64,000 nucleotides of DNA from Octopus vulgaris (lineage: Eukaryota). Of this stretch, positions 1-13,954 are shown piece after piece; the first letter of the stretch is position 1; the number at the start of each line of letters is the position of its first letter. The translations under genes and the position numbers were made by a program. Under the pieces are notes generated by a model. The model was not told where the DNA came from, did not search any database, and worked only from the letters and a program-made list of their open reading frames with translations. Location of the stretch: assembly GCA_951406725.2 (NCBI GenBank), contig OX597815.1:90334001-90398000 (forward strand), given 5' to 3'.

Positions 1-35
1 ATTAATTTTATTGTATCGCATTTGACTTTGTTTAC

Positions 36-42
36 GTATATG

Positions 43-87
<45 letters not shown>

Positions 88-88
88 G

Positions 89-131
<43 letters not shown>

Positions 132-143
132 ATGTGTGTGTGT
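36..143. repeat. Compound microsatellite (TA)n/(TATG)n/(TATATG)n/(TG)n
   Basis: Direct sequence; explains the YI/CI-rich ORFs 22..225 and 44..412. Confidence 0.95.
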
Positions 144-817
144 ATCATCAGAAACTGCTGAAAAATACAGGTCGTTTCAGGCATTCAATATGCTTTTTGT
201 TCGCTGTCTCAGATGGCTACGATAGTTCCATGTTGTTTTCCTCGAGTAACGTATGCTATGGAAGGCCACACTTTTTTCGGACATTTTTTTTTTATTTCGG
301 CCGAAGATGGGTATTGGATTCTCTGTTATTGATGAAACAGAGTGTGACGTTGGCCCAGGGTAAGCAATGTCGCATTTATGCTTTTATAGTAGCGTTCTTT
401 TTACTTCTGTAGGATGTAAATTCTATATTTCTGTACTAATGGCTAAAACAACTTCCATTTCATAGCAGCTTCTGACGATGCCCATATATACGGGAAGGAA
501 TATGACCATAGTATGTACAAAATATATTTTTGGGATTCTGATTCGTCGTTCTTACTAGTGTTGTCCTTTTAAATTATGTAACAGTTTTCATTATTGTTGA
601 CGTTTTAAATGATGTTATAGATTACTGGTTGTTTATAAGGATTTTTATCGTTACAGTTGTTGCTATGCTGTTAGCACCATTGTTTTCGCTGTGTTGTGAA
701 TGTTGATTATTCTATTATTATCGTTGGCTTTGTTCCTGTTGTTATTGAAGCTGTCGCGGTTCACAAAGGTGTTTTCGTTGCTGTCATCGTTGTTCTTGTT
801 GCTTTTATTGTTTTCAG

Positions 818-889
818 ATTGTAGCTGCTTGGATACTTTCAGATCTTCTGCCTCATATTGAAGATCTAATAGAGGGCTACAATGGCTGA
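818..889 (+). CDS. Possible terminal coding exon (IVAAWILSDLLPHIEDLIEGYNG*), product unknown
   Basis: Pyrimidine-rich acceptor ttttattgttttcag ending at 817, then 23 open codons and TGA; no homology recognised. Confidence 0.15.
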   Translation: MVAAWILSDLLPHIEDLIEGYNG

Positions 890-3800
890 AGAAGATTTAG
901 AATGACAGTTGGATATAATTATACCTACAACCACTCTTCTATTAAATTTTATACGAGCCATCTTGGGAAAAGAAGTTTGTTAGGAAACATATATCATAAA
1001 TTTTTTTTTAAATAAACAGACACTCATTCTGTGATTAAAAGTGAGGACATCTTTTCAGTGGAAATCCAGATACATCCGTAAAGCAATGCCAGCAGGCAAA
1101 AGCAGCAACAGAAACGGAAATTTAGCAAAAAGAAAACTCAACAGCAATTTTACCAGTGTGAGAACCACGTGTGATGTTACGTGCGATGCCATGTAACTAT
1201 AACGATTGACTGCAAGTATAATGATATTAAAGAGAATATCTGTTTTAATTCTAGTGATTTTATTTGATAAATATAATTTTAAAAACAACATGCCCGCAAT
1301 ACAGCAGACCGTTTCCTGTCTGCATACATTTAGATACGCACATAGATCTAATGGAGAGCAATATCGAATGGTACTTTCTACTTACAACTATTTTAGAATG
1401 CCACTAATAGCGAGTCTGTGTGTGTGTGAAATGTGTTCGTATATATATATATATGTATCCGTGCGTGTGAGCGTTTGTGCATTTATGCACGTGTGTGTTT
1501 GCAACTTCGATCAAATCATCGACAGCAACCCTGTTCTTTCGAGAGCTCAAAAAATATAATTCTTGTTTTATGCATGTTTCCTTGTTATATTCGTTTTGTT
1601 ATTTTATGTTTCTCTTTTTGTTTGAACGTTTCCTGACTTTAAAACTAAATATGTATTAGTATATTAAATTTTTATTTTCCTCCCCTAAGATGATTAAAGT
1701 TTCATTTGTGATATCTATTAAATTATTATTCAATCTAATCCTCATCTCCTCGACAAAATCAGAGTTTGGGTACTTTTATAGTTAGTAGTGTATGTTGATT
1801 ATATCATATTTATCTCTCAAACATCCATTATTTCCACCATCTTTTGTTGTTTTACTCGGTACATGGAATTTTGTGTTTAGACTTTACTATTTAGATTTTT
1901 TTTTAAATCTCGTAATCTCATTAATTTGATTAAAAACACATAAGTAAATTTTCCGATATAGAAATGCTGTAGGATTTAATATAAAAAAGTAACCATAAAC
2001 CTGTTCAGGGAAACAGATGTTTTGTTTCTGCTTTACTTTCATTTCGCTTCCATCAACCTTTTTATTTTTTGCCTTAATATTTTTTGTTTGTTTTCTCTTC
2101 TTTGTATGTTGTTTGATTCCATCATGGAATTTCCCATTGTATTTGTTGTGACAGTAATATCTAGATTAGGTTTAAATAAATCGATATATTTACAAATTCC
2201 TTTATAGTGCTATTTTTACCTTTTTCTCTCGGACATCAACGATATTCATAGATAAATATGAAAGAAAATAGAGAATAAATGAATATTTCTAAAATATATG
2301 ATTAAATCTGGGATATGAGAATCAATCTTTTGATGTAAAATGCATTTCATTTCTTTATAATATTAAGTAGTGGTAGTTTTCAGATCTGTTGTTTCAATCA
2401 GCGTTTACTCTGCTTCGTTCAGCTAAATTCCTTGTTCAATAACTGCAAATCCATCAATATTCTAATGTCTCTTTGAACAAATACCATTCCATGATTAAGA
2501 AGGCAGACTTTTTGTGTTTCTAACGGATGTATTACGGCTATATTTCCAATAAAGCAGAGATTATCTAACTACGCAGGATATTATAAACAACCACCAAAAC
2601 AACTGCCACCATTATATATCATTATAAACAACTCAACACTTCACAATCACATTATATCGCCAGTTGTTTCATAACAAAAAAACATCCATCTCCAAGCTTT
2701 CAAATCACGAGTGACAAAATGTATATAATTCCATTTCCTATTGTTCGTTTATACCATTCTACAAGCATTATAATCAGTAATGCTGATTTTAAGTCTTCTC
2801 TGCGTAATATGATAACGCCTGTTCCAGCTATTTGTTTTTTCCAATTCTTAGCAAAATACAACAAAGAAATAGGATAGACATGTGGAGCGAACCATCTGAA
2901 TAGAAGAAAATAAAATAAAAATAAAAGTACATAACTGCACAAAACTAAACTTGAAAATTGATAACTAGTACTATTCTTGTCGGTAACTATTATTTACGAC
3001 AGCAATTCTATCAAAATTTTTCAAATAACTTTTTGCTAATTTGATATCTTAATCAACATGCAAAATGGAGACACTGAAACAATACCCATTAAATCATTAA
3101 CTGATGCAGTAAATCAAATTATAAAATGAAATAAGAAAAAAGTACATACATAGCAGCTGCTTTTACTACACCATAAGCCTAGAATAGAATTTCTATTTCT
3201 CTTACATTTCTTATTTCTGTGACTTGGACTCAAAACTCTATTGTAGATCCAGAACAGCTAATACAATCGCCTCTTTTCTTGTCTCTGCCCGTAGGAATAG
3301 TTCTGATTACTTTTAAGTAGCATTATATATATTCACAGGACATAATCAGTGTACAGCACATGTGAGACATAGTTAGCATGTAAGTGAATCTAAATTGGGT
3401 CATAAACACACTTATGATAAAAGTGTTCGTTTTAAACTACATGATGTCTAACTACATACTGGATTCTTTGGGCAAGGTAAGATATAACAGCCCTTTTCTT
3501 TTTGTTTTGTACACCCGATGCTATTTATGTATTAATTCCACTTCACTTTTATTGCAGACTTTCACGTTTTGTTCAAAAGAAATACCTCACTTTCAGCTAT
3601 TTTCCTATGTATTTCGCTTTTCTTCTCTTCTCACCGTATTATGACTTTCGGCAAGCATCACAAGCCACTATTGTTATTATGATAAGTTTGCTCTTTCTTT
3701 TTCAAATTGCCACAGAGTTTCTTGAATTCAATTAGATTCCGAGGAAATAGATCAAACCACTTCTTAACATAACAAATATTATTTCAGTGCCGAAGCAGGT

Positions 3801-4567
3801 GATTAAAATATTTAACTGATCTTTACCAAAGGTTTGTGGGCTACAACACTGGGTGAATTTCGTTTCTAATAAATATATTAGTTCATGAAGAATTCTAGAA
3901 TATTACATGTCACATTTATATTACAATTAAATGCATATTACTTATATTTATACAAAAACACTTTTGCGAAGAGGAAGGTGTGTAACGAAAACTTAGGTAA
4001 TATAGCAGAAGGCTAGGAGTTGTTTATATTAAGCAGCACATGAGTAACCTATTAATAGTAAACGGAACAGTGGCTTCAATTGGATTACTACTCCGTTGAA
4101 TCGAAAGGAATAAAGCATGAGAAACTTAATAACCGAATACGAAATTTAATATAACTATGTCCTAACTTTAGTGGTATGACCATAAATATTGGAAATAAAA
4201 TATTAGTAAATTGATGATATAGAGTAGATCACAGTGAGTTTCTTGGAGTTTTAAACCAATATAGATTTTGTTTGTAGCGTTGCATTTCTGTCGGTTTAGC
4301 TAATAAAATCGTGTTGAGGTAAAGACTGGTTGTGTGAACGGAGTGAGATAATGTGTTATGTGTGAGAGTATACATGTATATATACACATATTAATATGTG
4401 TGAATGTGCGCGTGTGCAACTTTAAAGTTTAGCATAATATTTGAATATCATTACACTCAGTGATAAAAGCGTCGTGTCAGTCTTATTGTAAATTGTAAAT
4501 GGTCGAATTGATAGGGAATTATACTGCATATGTGGGCAAATCTTATTCTGTTACAAAGTTGTGATAC

Positions 4568-4681
4568 CTGTGATGAGATCAATTCTTTAGAAGGAAAAAT
4601 ATCCACGAATACGAATTTTTTCTGATCTGTGTAAGATAATGAAGCTGTGATTTGGGGCTGAGTAATGGAAGCAATGTCCAT
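4568..4681 (-). other. Candidate 114-nt internal exon (phase 0-0: MDIASITQPQ...KELISSQ)
   Basis: Minus-strand acceptor ...gaaacag| and donor CAG|gtatca bracket an open 38-codon frame; no homology recognised. Confidence 0.2.
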
Positions 4682-5101
4682 CTGTTTCGCAACAAGTGTA
4701 ATAATAACGACTAAAATCTACTATGATAATACTCTTGTGTTTTACTCCGTCACAAAATATGAATGAGAAAAGAAACTCTGTGTGAATATATGTGTATATG
4801 TGTGTGTGTACAAGGGAAGTATGTGAATGCATGTGTGAATCAGCGTCATTTCAGTAACGGGGCCAGCTAGTACACATATATTGTACTACGTTTACTTCTA
4901 TATTAATGATTCACAACAGCTTTGAATCCGTCATAATATCCATGCAAATTCACACAACCTGAGTGTATATATGTGTATGTGAATGACTAAATCTATTTCA
5001 TCTTACGCCGTTACGGGAACAATAACACACCGATTGAAACTCGTGAAATGTGTACTTCAAAGTGGCCACATCCAATGATTGATATTAGTCAATTAATGTA
5101 G

Positions 5102-5285
5102 GGCGTTGAGCTGGTAGAATCGTTAAAATGCCGGCGGCATTTCGTCCGTCTTTACGTTCTAAGTTCAAATTCCACAGAGGTTGACGTTGTCTTTCATCTT
5201 CTCGGAGACGATAAAATAAATACCACTTGAGTACTTCAGCCTCGCCTAAACCTACTTGCCTTATGCCAAAAATTAGAAACCCATA
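5102..5285 (+). mobile_element. tRNA-related SINE, family A (octopus OK-like), diverged
   Basis: ggcgttgagctggtagaatcgtta...gttcaaattcc...ctttcatcttctcggagacgataaaataaatacca; homologous to the copies at 44801 and 45010. Confidence 0.8.
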
Positions 5286-5317
5286 TTAATATGATGCATA
5301 TTATATGCCAGTATCAA

Positions 5318-5503
5318 GGCGGCGAGGTGGCAGGATCCTTAGCATGCCGGGAAAAATGATTAGTTCAAAATACATCAAGGTCGACTATGCCTTTCATCTT
5401 TTCCAGGTCAGTAAAATAGGCACCATTTGAACACTAGAGGCGATGCAATCGAATTAATCCCACCGCTGAAACTGCTGGCCTTGTGTTACAGCTGGAAACC
5501 ATT
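5318..5503 (+). mobile_element. SINE family A, internally deleted copy
   Basis: ggcggcgaggtggcagga head; gtcgactatgcctttcatc central domain; ctggccttgtg tail. Confidence 0.75.
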
Positions 5504-5534
5504 ATATACCTGTATACATATACATACACATATG

Positions 5535-5921
5535 TTCTTTTATTCTTTAACGTGTTTCAGTCATTTGACTGTGGCCATGCTGGGGCCCCAATATCTTGAA
5601 GGATACTAGTGAAACTGATGCCTAGTATTGGTTACTTTCTGTCAAACCGCTATAATACGGGGACACCACCACTGATCGCCAAGTGGTGATGGGAGGTACA
5701 AACACCCTCCCACACACACAAATATATATACAGAGAGATAGATCGATAAATATATAGATAGATATTAATAACGGAGGGCTTCTTTTCAGTTTCCCCTACC
5801 AAATTCACTCACAATGTTTTCGTCGACTCAGAGTTATAATAAAAAAACAATTACCCAAGGTGCCACGCAGTGGAATTGAATTCGGAACCATGTGGTTGGG
5901 AAATAAGTTTCTTACCACACT
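5535..5921 (-). mobile_element. tRNA-related CORE-type SINE, family B
   Basis: Homologous to 31654-32063 (cccaaggtgccacgcagtgg, ggaaccatgtggttgg, cagtcatttgactgtggccatgctgg). Confidence 0.85.
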
Positions 5922-5949
5922 ACACTTACACTGTATATATATTATATTG

Positions 5950-6157
5950 GTAAGAAAGTTCTTGGACAAGTAATTATTGCAGGTCATTGAAGCCGATCCA
6001 ATGCAAAGTGCACGTTAACTTGCGGTACAGTTTGGCATCTCCTATGTCACTATCATCAACCACTTGCATCGTCTCCGCAAGGTCAACAAGCTTGGAAAAT
6101 GGGTGCCACATGAATTGACTGAAGCCAATAAACAAACACATGTCATAGTCTGTTCTG
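5950..6157 (+). mobile_element. Mariner transposase fragment (pseudogene)
   Basis: Reads IEADPMQSAR*LAVQFGISYVTIINHLHRLRKVNKLGKWVPHELTEANK; WVPHEL signature at 6100-6117, in-frame stop. Confidence 0.9.
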
Positions 6158-6159
6158 GC

Positions 6160-7020
6160 GAAGCCGAAGATTCGATTGGTTGGTGTAGTTGTGTGGGACG
6201 AAGTGGTGTGTAGTGTGGTGGGGTGGTATGGGATATGGGTGAGGATGGGGTGTATTGGGTGAGATGGAGTAGTATAAGGAAAAGAGGAGGTGGGTGGGAA
6301 TGAAGAGAGGAAGTAGTATCAGATGAAGTGAAGAGGGTAGTCAAATGAAGAGAGGAGAGAAGTCAGATGAAGAGAGGGGAGTTGAGCCCATGTGGCGCAA
6401 AGGAGTGAAGAGAAAAGATAGATTAATTCCTGTTCACAGGGAAAGCAGGAGTCCAGATGGCCCCTGTGCATAGGTTTTCCGAACACAGATACTGAAGTGA
6501 ATGATGACAGATGTTTTAGAGCGGAATTAACGCGAGGCCGGGGTGTCATTTCTGAGTCTGAGGTGTTCCACGAACCGGTCAGACAAGCGGCGTCCGTTTG
6601 ACATATATTCAGGGAAGGGCTGAAAGAGCTGGAGATGCAGTAAATGACGTCACTAGAAGTGGAGGTAGAGAACTCGGCGATGTGGTAAGGATGATGTTGA
6701 CTGCCTGTGAGGATGGTAGTATCGGAGAGGTAGAGGCAAGTACGCCAGCGTGGTCAGAACAGGGGAATGAGCCAGGAGTTGGGGCTGGGGAAGAAACTGT
6801 GCATGAGGAGGTCACGCAGGTTGTGGGCACGTTTGAAGGAAGTTGGGGAAGATGTTTGGCGTGGAAAGGTTGGACTGGAGTCGCATGAAGGCTCGGAAAA
6901 TAGTGCGTTGGAAGGACAAGGTGGAGGGGTGGTAGGTAAGGGGAAACGGGAGACGGGAACGGCGGGGTTGGTGCGGGGAGAAAGAGCAGAGTTACGGTTA
7001 TGGAACGTGCCCCGGCAAGG
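6160..7020 (-). mobile_element. Penelope-like element 3' fragment (linker and GIY-YIG endonuclease), frameshifted
   Basis: Across frames: SFKRAHNLRDLLMHS, PGSFPC, DVIYCIS, GRRLSDRFVEHLR, EQELI; typical PLE linker/GIY-YIG motifs, followed by a pyrimidine-rich tail. Confidence 0.8.
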
Positions 7021-7301
7021 GTAGTGCGAATAGTGGTGAGGGGATATATTGATCATAAAAACATACCAAATGAAAAAAGAGTGAACAATGAACAATAGGG
7101 AATATACGAAAGACAGCTAATCTCCAAAAGTCAACGCTAGCCAGTCAGCTATGAGCACTCAACCAGAACGACAATCACAACAAAAAAAAATCAACTGCAA
7201 AGAAAATATCCCATAACGTTACAGTCACAAGTACACACACACGGACATACACACACATACCCTCCCCCGACACACAAAACTGTGTACATATTTATATATA
7301 T

Positions 7302-7628
7302 CGTGGCACTCCATCGGTTACGACGACGAGGGTTCCAGTTGATCTGATCAATGGAGCAGCCTGCTCCACTGACACGTTACCCGTAACGTAGTTCTCGAAG
7401 AGATTCAGCGTGACACAGAGTGCGACAAGGTACAACAGAAACAGGTAGGAAGAGTGAGAGAAAGTTGTGGTGAAAGAGTACAGCAGGGTTCACCCCACCC
7501 TGCCGGAGCCTCGTTGAGCTTCAAGAGTTTTCGTTTAATAAACACTCACAAAACCCGATCTGGGAATCAAAACCGCGATCCCACGACCGCGAGTCTGGTG
7601 TCCTAACCAGTGGGTCATTGCGCCTCCA
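7302..7628 (-). mobile_element. tRNA(Arg)-like SINE, family C (octopus OR-like)
   Basis: Minus-strand head ggaggcgcaatgacccactggttagg (A-box-like), gactcgcggtc (TCG anticodon-like loop), ggttttgattccc (B-box-like), then a ~250 nt body. Confidence 0.75.
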
Positions 7629-7629
7629 C

Positions 7630-7698
7630 TTTATACATATATATATATATTTATACACACGCGCATACACACTCAAACACACACACACAAACACACGT

Positions 7699-7729
<31 letters not shown>

Positions 7730-7757
7730 CATACATATTCATAAACAATGGCACACA

Positions 7758-7794
<37 letters not shown>

Positions 7795-7890
7795 GTATGT
7801 GTGTGTATGTGGGTGCGCGCGTGTGTATGTGCGTGTATCTCTGTGTGTCTGTATGCCTGTGTACCTGTGTGCCTGTGTGTTTGTGTGTAT
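7630..7890. repeat. Compound (TA)n/(CA)n/(TG)n microsatellite
   Basis: Direct sequence. Confidence 0.9.
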
Positions 7891-8121
7891 GAATTGCATG
7901 ATGGATGCAAAGGTCCACCGAATCATTATCCGTAAAGAATTCAAAGCGGGATATTATGTGGAATAACGAATTCTCTAGCAGATTATAAATAACAGTTACC
8001 TTATTAATGTATTATTGCCATTATATCATCGCACTCTATATGTCTAAAATTCTTCCATAGTTTTTCTTTTATGTTTCCAATACATTTTCCCCGAGATCAT
8101 CAAAATGAATCTTTTAAAGCA

Positions 8122-9777
8122 CACCAGTCATAATTTTGTCTAATATATTACCTCGTATAGCAGTAGACAGCACATCTAATATTGTCTGCTTGTTCAAATG
8201 AACTGCATAAGAGTTTGAATAATAAAGGACAACCAATGTCATTCTTTATACCTTTCACATCAAGAAAAACTCGATCATCTTACAAAATGCATATTTCGCA
8301 CAGCGTAATTATCTTTCTCGCAAGAACAAGCAAAAGATCTTCTATCCTTAGTTGAATTCAACATATAGCTGAGTCCAACATGGTGGAATAATATCCATTC
8401 CTTTTCACTAAAACAATAGGCTTGTTTCTATAGATGAAGAAATGGAAGGTGGAGAAGGAACATTTGGGGAAGTTATTTACTCAACAGATTTTAGATAATC
8501 AGCGATTTATAGCTGATAATTCAAACGCTTTCACGAGATATAATGGGAAGACAATTTACTTGGCAAACAATTTCAAGTGAGGTGCATCCGAAAGCAAAAT
8601 TATAATCTAGCAAATTTTTCATTGCTGATTGTACCGTTTGATATGACAAGGAAAATAGTGATTTCTTTATAGACTTCGCTCAGTCTCATGTAGCGTCTGA
8701 CTGTCATCTATTCACTGATTCATCTTCAAGAAGCTGCAAATTTAATTAGCTCAACAGCATAACGAAGATATCAAGCAATGCCACCCTATTGTTCAGTCTA
8801 TCCATCTTAAAGGGATTTATGATTATATAAATACACTGTTTGATACCATTCAATACAATGTTCATCTAAGCTCAGTCCAGATATCAAAGTCATTGGCAAT
8901 ATAATAGACGTACAGGATCTACAAAACGACATCCTTTCTTATACCATTCACATACCGTTGTAGTAAATGTCGCTGATTACAAATAGTAAGCAATGTTCAA
9001 TCTGATTTCTTACTTTATTCAAAAAAGATAAAAGGTTTAAGGAAAACTTTGTTGAAGCTATAGATAAAATCAATGCAAGGGAATTTCAATATCTCCCCAA
9101 GAAGTTTTTAAATGCGAGCTCTGCTTACTTAAAGTTTAAATATTCAAAATGACGTTCTAAATGTTATTGAATTTGGAACACCACCTCTGGTATTTAAAGT
9201 TTTGCTTTTGATGATTATTCTAAAGTCTCTTTGCCTGTAGGGATGAAATAGAGGACCTACTGAGTGCAATTAAAGGGGAAATATGTTTCAAACTATACTT
9301 ACTACATTTCCATCTAGATTTCTTTCTTGAAAATTTCGCAATAAGTAAGCAAAAAGCAAAGAATACGGCATCATAAATTTAGGTATTCAGTAGAAATATA
9401 CCATTGGAATTCTTGAATAAAGGCATAATGGCTGACGTTCTTTATAGATACACTCATTACCACATGACGTTTGAAAAACTGAATATTGCTTATATAGATG
9501 TACAATGAGTCAATAAATAAAAAAAGGGTATTAAATGTAATTATGTATTAATTAATCAAGTGTTTGTGAAGTGTTTTCGTTAAAACAATGAGCCAAATTA
9601 TATAAAATATTATTTAATGCAGCATAATTATTGAGAACCTTGAGAAGGATAAAAACTACACATATTACAAGGAGTACACGTGACAGGAAACCTACACTAA
9701 AAACTCATTTGTAATCAATGCCTAAATGCATCCAGAAAGGCGTAGTCACCATTATAAAACTATTCTGTTGACTAGTG
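8122..9777 (+). mobile_element. Heavily decayed Chapaev3-like (CMC) DNA transposon
   Basis: Relic peptides DCHLFTDSSSRSCK (8699-8740; cf. EWRLFIDSSKRSLK), SIHLKGIYDYINTLFDTIQY, NFVEAIDK..FQYLPKKF, LYLLHFHLDFFLENF (cf. HFLHSHLDFFPEN), in the expected order; ends CACCAGTCA...TGACTAGTG. Confidence 0.7.
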
Positions 9778-12069
9778 GCAACTTCCTATTAAGAAAAAAA
9801 AAGTCCGCGTTACATTGGTAATACTAATGCATTGATATTGTTTGTCACACTTTCATTGCCATATCCAACGTATCTTTCTTAATTTTCTGAAATCTGAAGT
9901 CCTAAATTTATCATTATTTCAGACATTATTTGTTTGCATTAACAGAACATCTAATAAAATACATGACATATAAAAGAAAAACAGAGTAAAACATTAATTT
10001 TTCCAAATTAATTTTATAATCCAAAAGCAAATTAAATTTGGAAAACTAGTACTTTCGTGAAGCAAAAAATCATTTCATGAAGGTTTTATTAATTATTGAC
10101 TTGATTTACTGCTGTGAAGTAAAATTAGTCGTTGACAAATTCATAAAAAAATCCTAAAACTGCTTTTCTTATTCACCGTTTTTCGAAGGAACCGACAGTT
10201 CTTATATTTCATAATTACTAACATAATATAAGACAGCATGAAGTCATTCTGATATATTTCTTTCATAAAGTGTCTATTTGAAAAAAAAAATGAAACGTAA
10301 AATTAATAAAATACATGTTATATGCAGATATTATCATGACCAAAAGCAGCGGCAGAAACAGCATTGACAAGAACAAAGTTTAAAATAAATTTAAAATACA
10401 TAAACATAACACCGATTATGAACAATAATGAACACTAGATTACATTATTTCCAGGAAATTCTTTGTTGTTTAATTTTCTGTGGATTAATTTCATTAATTA
10501 ACTTGGCAAAACACAATTAAGCTGGAAAAAGCTTTCATCTCGATCATAATAGTGCCAATAAAAATAATAATATTAATAAAAATAATAACAATGAAAATGA
10601 AATAGCATTCTTTAAAATGTAAGATAACGGAATTTGTTTTAAGGTGTAATTTGATATTAGAATATGGGAAAAGAAATTGATTTCTGGCATAGAATGAGAA
10701 GCAATATTCCAGTCTCTAAGATTTACTCAAATAATATTCGTTATTTACGAATAGGTCCACAGTAGGTATTCCGAGGTTATCTGATGCATTCTATTTGTTG
10801 GTTGGTTAAAACGAAAGTTGAGTACATTGAATAGACTTTTCTTCTGAAATCTCTAAAATGTATGATTTAACCGGAATTAACACTCGTTATTAAAGGGAAA
10901 TTAGCGTAAATAAATACAGATATGTTTGCTGATAGCTTAATGCTGTTAAAAGTTTCAATGAGATTTTAGCGTTATATTCATCATACACTTCAACACCATT
11001 CACATCAATTCAGGAACTGAGTGGACTGTTGTGATAGCACTAGTGCCACTAGAAAATGATTAACAATTCAGTGTTTTAACATTGCCTTTCCCTTAATTTA
11101 TATACCGCCGCTCAAGAACGTATATTCGAGCTCAATCACCATCAGCCCACTTTGATTCAGGACCGCAGAAAGAATATTGCGCTATGCACATTACAAATTT
11201 TATCGCATGTATGCATCGACTATGTCCCCAGAAAGGTGTAAAATATAAGTAAAATGTATATGAAGAGTTTCGATGTTGAACATCATCAAACAAAAACAAA
11301 ATATTTCGTTCTGAATTACGGTCCAGAATATATTAAGTATAATTTGGGTATATATATGTATATGATTAAAAAAACTAAGGGGAATAATAGATTTTACTAT
11401 TTTTCCATGTTTTGGAATTTCATATGGTATGGCTTCTAACTTCCTGCAAGAATAGCGCCACTACTTTTCGTAATTGTTCTCCAATGCATTCGAGATCAAA
11501 AATGTAGCGAACGACTAATTGAGAGACATCACTGAGGCATGATATGATGGGAGTATCTATTGTAATTCAGGACTGCGTAAAAATTCCTTATGGGTAACAA
11601 GCATATCAATGCTGTTATCTCCTGCCACTAGTACGAATATTCTGAAACATGGATTACATTTTAAGACATTACACCCTATAGCTTTACGATCACGAACTAC
11701 GAACTGAATACTATCATTGAATACTATATTTTCATTTCACACTTATTTCTAAAGAGATAAACGAAGGAACAATAAAATTTCGTTCAATTTCTCGCAAATT
11801 TTGTAGTTCCTTATGTTGGTTAGCTTGATGGCTAAATGATATTTTCTGACTCTAGATATGATTCAATTTTCAAATATCATAAAGATAAATAAAAGCGTTT
11901 AAAGTGGTGTACACTGCTTTATAATATCCAGATTAGGGAAAAGGATTGTGCTCATGGCCTTTACAAACACCCTGAGACGAGTAAGACTGATTCCATTGGT
12001 GTCCGATCTAATGGCTGCTAGCCGCTACTTGTAGGACCCTGTGGGTTATAAGGGAATTCGGGGGGGGTG

Positions 12070-12900
12070 CGGCGTTGAAAAGTTTGGACATAGTCTGTTT
12101 CTAGGAAAAGTGGTACATAATCTATGACGAGAGGTTACATGCTGCTCTATACGACTTAGATAGAGATAAGTTACAACTAGGTAGTTCTGTAATACTGATA
12201 ATAAAGCTGAATAAAGAGATATCATGGCAAAAATTGGAATACGTTCGTGATGGTCTTTCGACCTTACATTTAATGCTTTGTTTTGCATGCGGTATTGAAT
12301 GTTTGTTGTATATTAGAGGCGCTGTGGAGCGGTGTTCAATTGTGAATTTTGAGCGCAAGAACATCACTGGGAGTGCGATAGCGAACAATAATAAATATTG
12401 ATGTCGTCTGGGAGTGTGATAAATATAGTGGTTGTTAAGTGATAATAAGATTTTCGCATTACGGAGGCTTATGTGTGGGAAGTTATTGGTAGATAGAGGA
12501 CATTAAAGTGAAAGGTAGATGTATAAGAAATGAAACGTTTTGTCAGGGTAATTTGAAGTAATTCCACTAGTTATTCAGCAGGTATGAGTGAACGATAAGA
12601 GAATGGATTCTTCTACGTACGCATTGAGCCATATTTAAGAGCAAATTTAAGTACAGAATATCATCTAGATATTATTGGTGGAGATTATATTAAGGGAGAG
12701 AAATGTGTGCTTCGCAAAGACAAAATATTTTTACTGCAGCAGATTCATAGATGTTCGAAAGGGATGTCAAAGTTAGTTAAAACAATGCGACGTTATTTCT
12801 TGATTGATTAATTCTCATAGAAATCGATTTTGGTTTCAATTGCTTTAGTTGTGGGTGGGTAACGAAGAAATTACAAGTATTAGTTTGTGTTTCAAATTTC
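12070..12900 (-). mobile_element. Very old Penelope-like RT/linker remnant
   Basis: Weak relic motifs TFHFLYIYL, ALNVRSKDHHERIPIF and SYRAACNL, in the same order as in PLE ORFs; many stops. Confidence 0.35.
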
Positions 12901-13284
12901 TCCATAGCTTGAATTAAACATAAAGAAGTGACACGGGAATTGACGTGTCAAGTGATCAAGATGTTCCCGTACCTAATACTTCATCCATATTCTGGCAACT
13001 GAATGAACTCTACCTAAAATACCATGGACCAGATGATGTTACTATGCATCTTGGATGTTGGGTATAATAACCACACGATTTCCAAAAACAGAAATTCTAA
13101 GACGATAATGTTTAATCGTAGTATAAGTTTATAATGGGTTGTTCTACTTGAAGCATATCCATCTTGCTTTGTATTAGCGCTTAGCAGCTTTAACAGACAG
13201 TTCTTAGACACATTGTCTTGACATTGGTTTTAGACGTCATAGAAATTAGAAAGTGATTAACCATTACAAATTGGCAACACCTAA

Positions 13285-13298
13285 TGTATACATACATA

Positions 13299-13342
<44 letters not shown>

Positions 13343-13392
13343 TGTATGTATGTATGTATGTATGTATGTATGTATGTATGTATGTATGTATA
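13285..13392. repeat. (TA)n plus (TATG)n microsatellite
   Basis: Direct sequence. Confidence 0.95.
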
Positions 13393-13954
13393 CTGGTTAT
13401 TTTTCTACTTTTACATCTCTGACTGTTATATAGCTTGCTCTCCTATTTTCTCGCATCTCTACATGATTTAATGTATCTACCTTTCCTTCTCATTAGCCTT
13501 TAATATTCTCTCTCTCTCACTGCTCCTCTTTTCCCTCTCTCATACTGTAGTGTAGTGTTATCTCCCTCTCACCCATGTTCTTTTGCACGTGTGCTCAAGT
13601 CTCTCTTTAGTGTTTACTGTTCTCTTTCAGTAGCATGTGCTCATCTCCCTCAAGTTGTGACTTTTTTAAAGACATTTTTTAGACGCCAAACTAATAATTA
13701 AAATTTATGATTGGAACATCCACCATATTATATCGTTGATATTAGTAGCCACATTGTGGTTGTCTAGGTCTAGTTAGTGATGTATCCCCTAACTTGTCTG
13801 TGAACCTTCCTCTTATTTCTTTTACACACTATTTCTTTGATCAGGATTTTTCTTCCTCTCTATGTTTGTTTTTTGTTTTTGATTTTTTTAAACAATTGAA
13901 AAACAAAGAAAATCCTTCCAGCTATTTTCCAATTTTGAAATATGTTGTGAGCAT

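Noticed and set aside
140-185. CTGATGA and GAAAC on the minus strand as a hammerhead
   Set aside because: The intervening sequence cannot form stems I and II.
150-600. Possible RTE-type LINE 3' remnant on the minus strand
   Set aside because: Only a vague resemblance; no clean motif can be read.
6598-7024. Plus-strand Gly/Glu-rich ORFs 6598..6888 and 6767..7024
   Set aside because: They are antisense shadows of the Penelope fragment.
7555-7628. tRNA-Arg gene
   Set aside because: The B box and acceptor stem are degenerate and it continues into a SINE body, so it is a SINE head.
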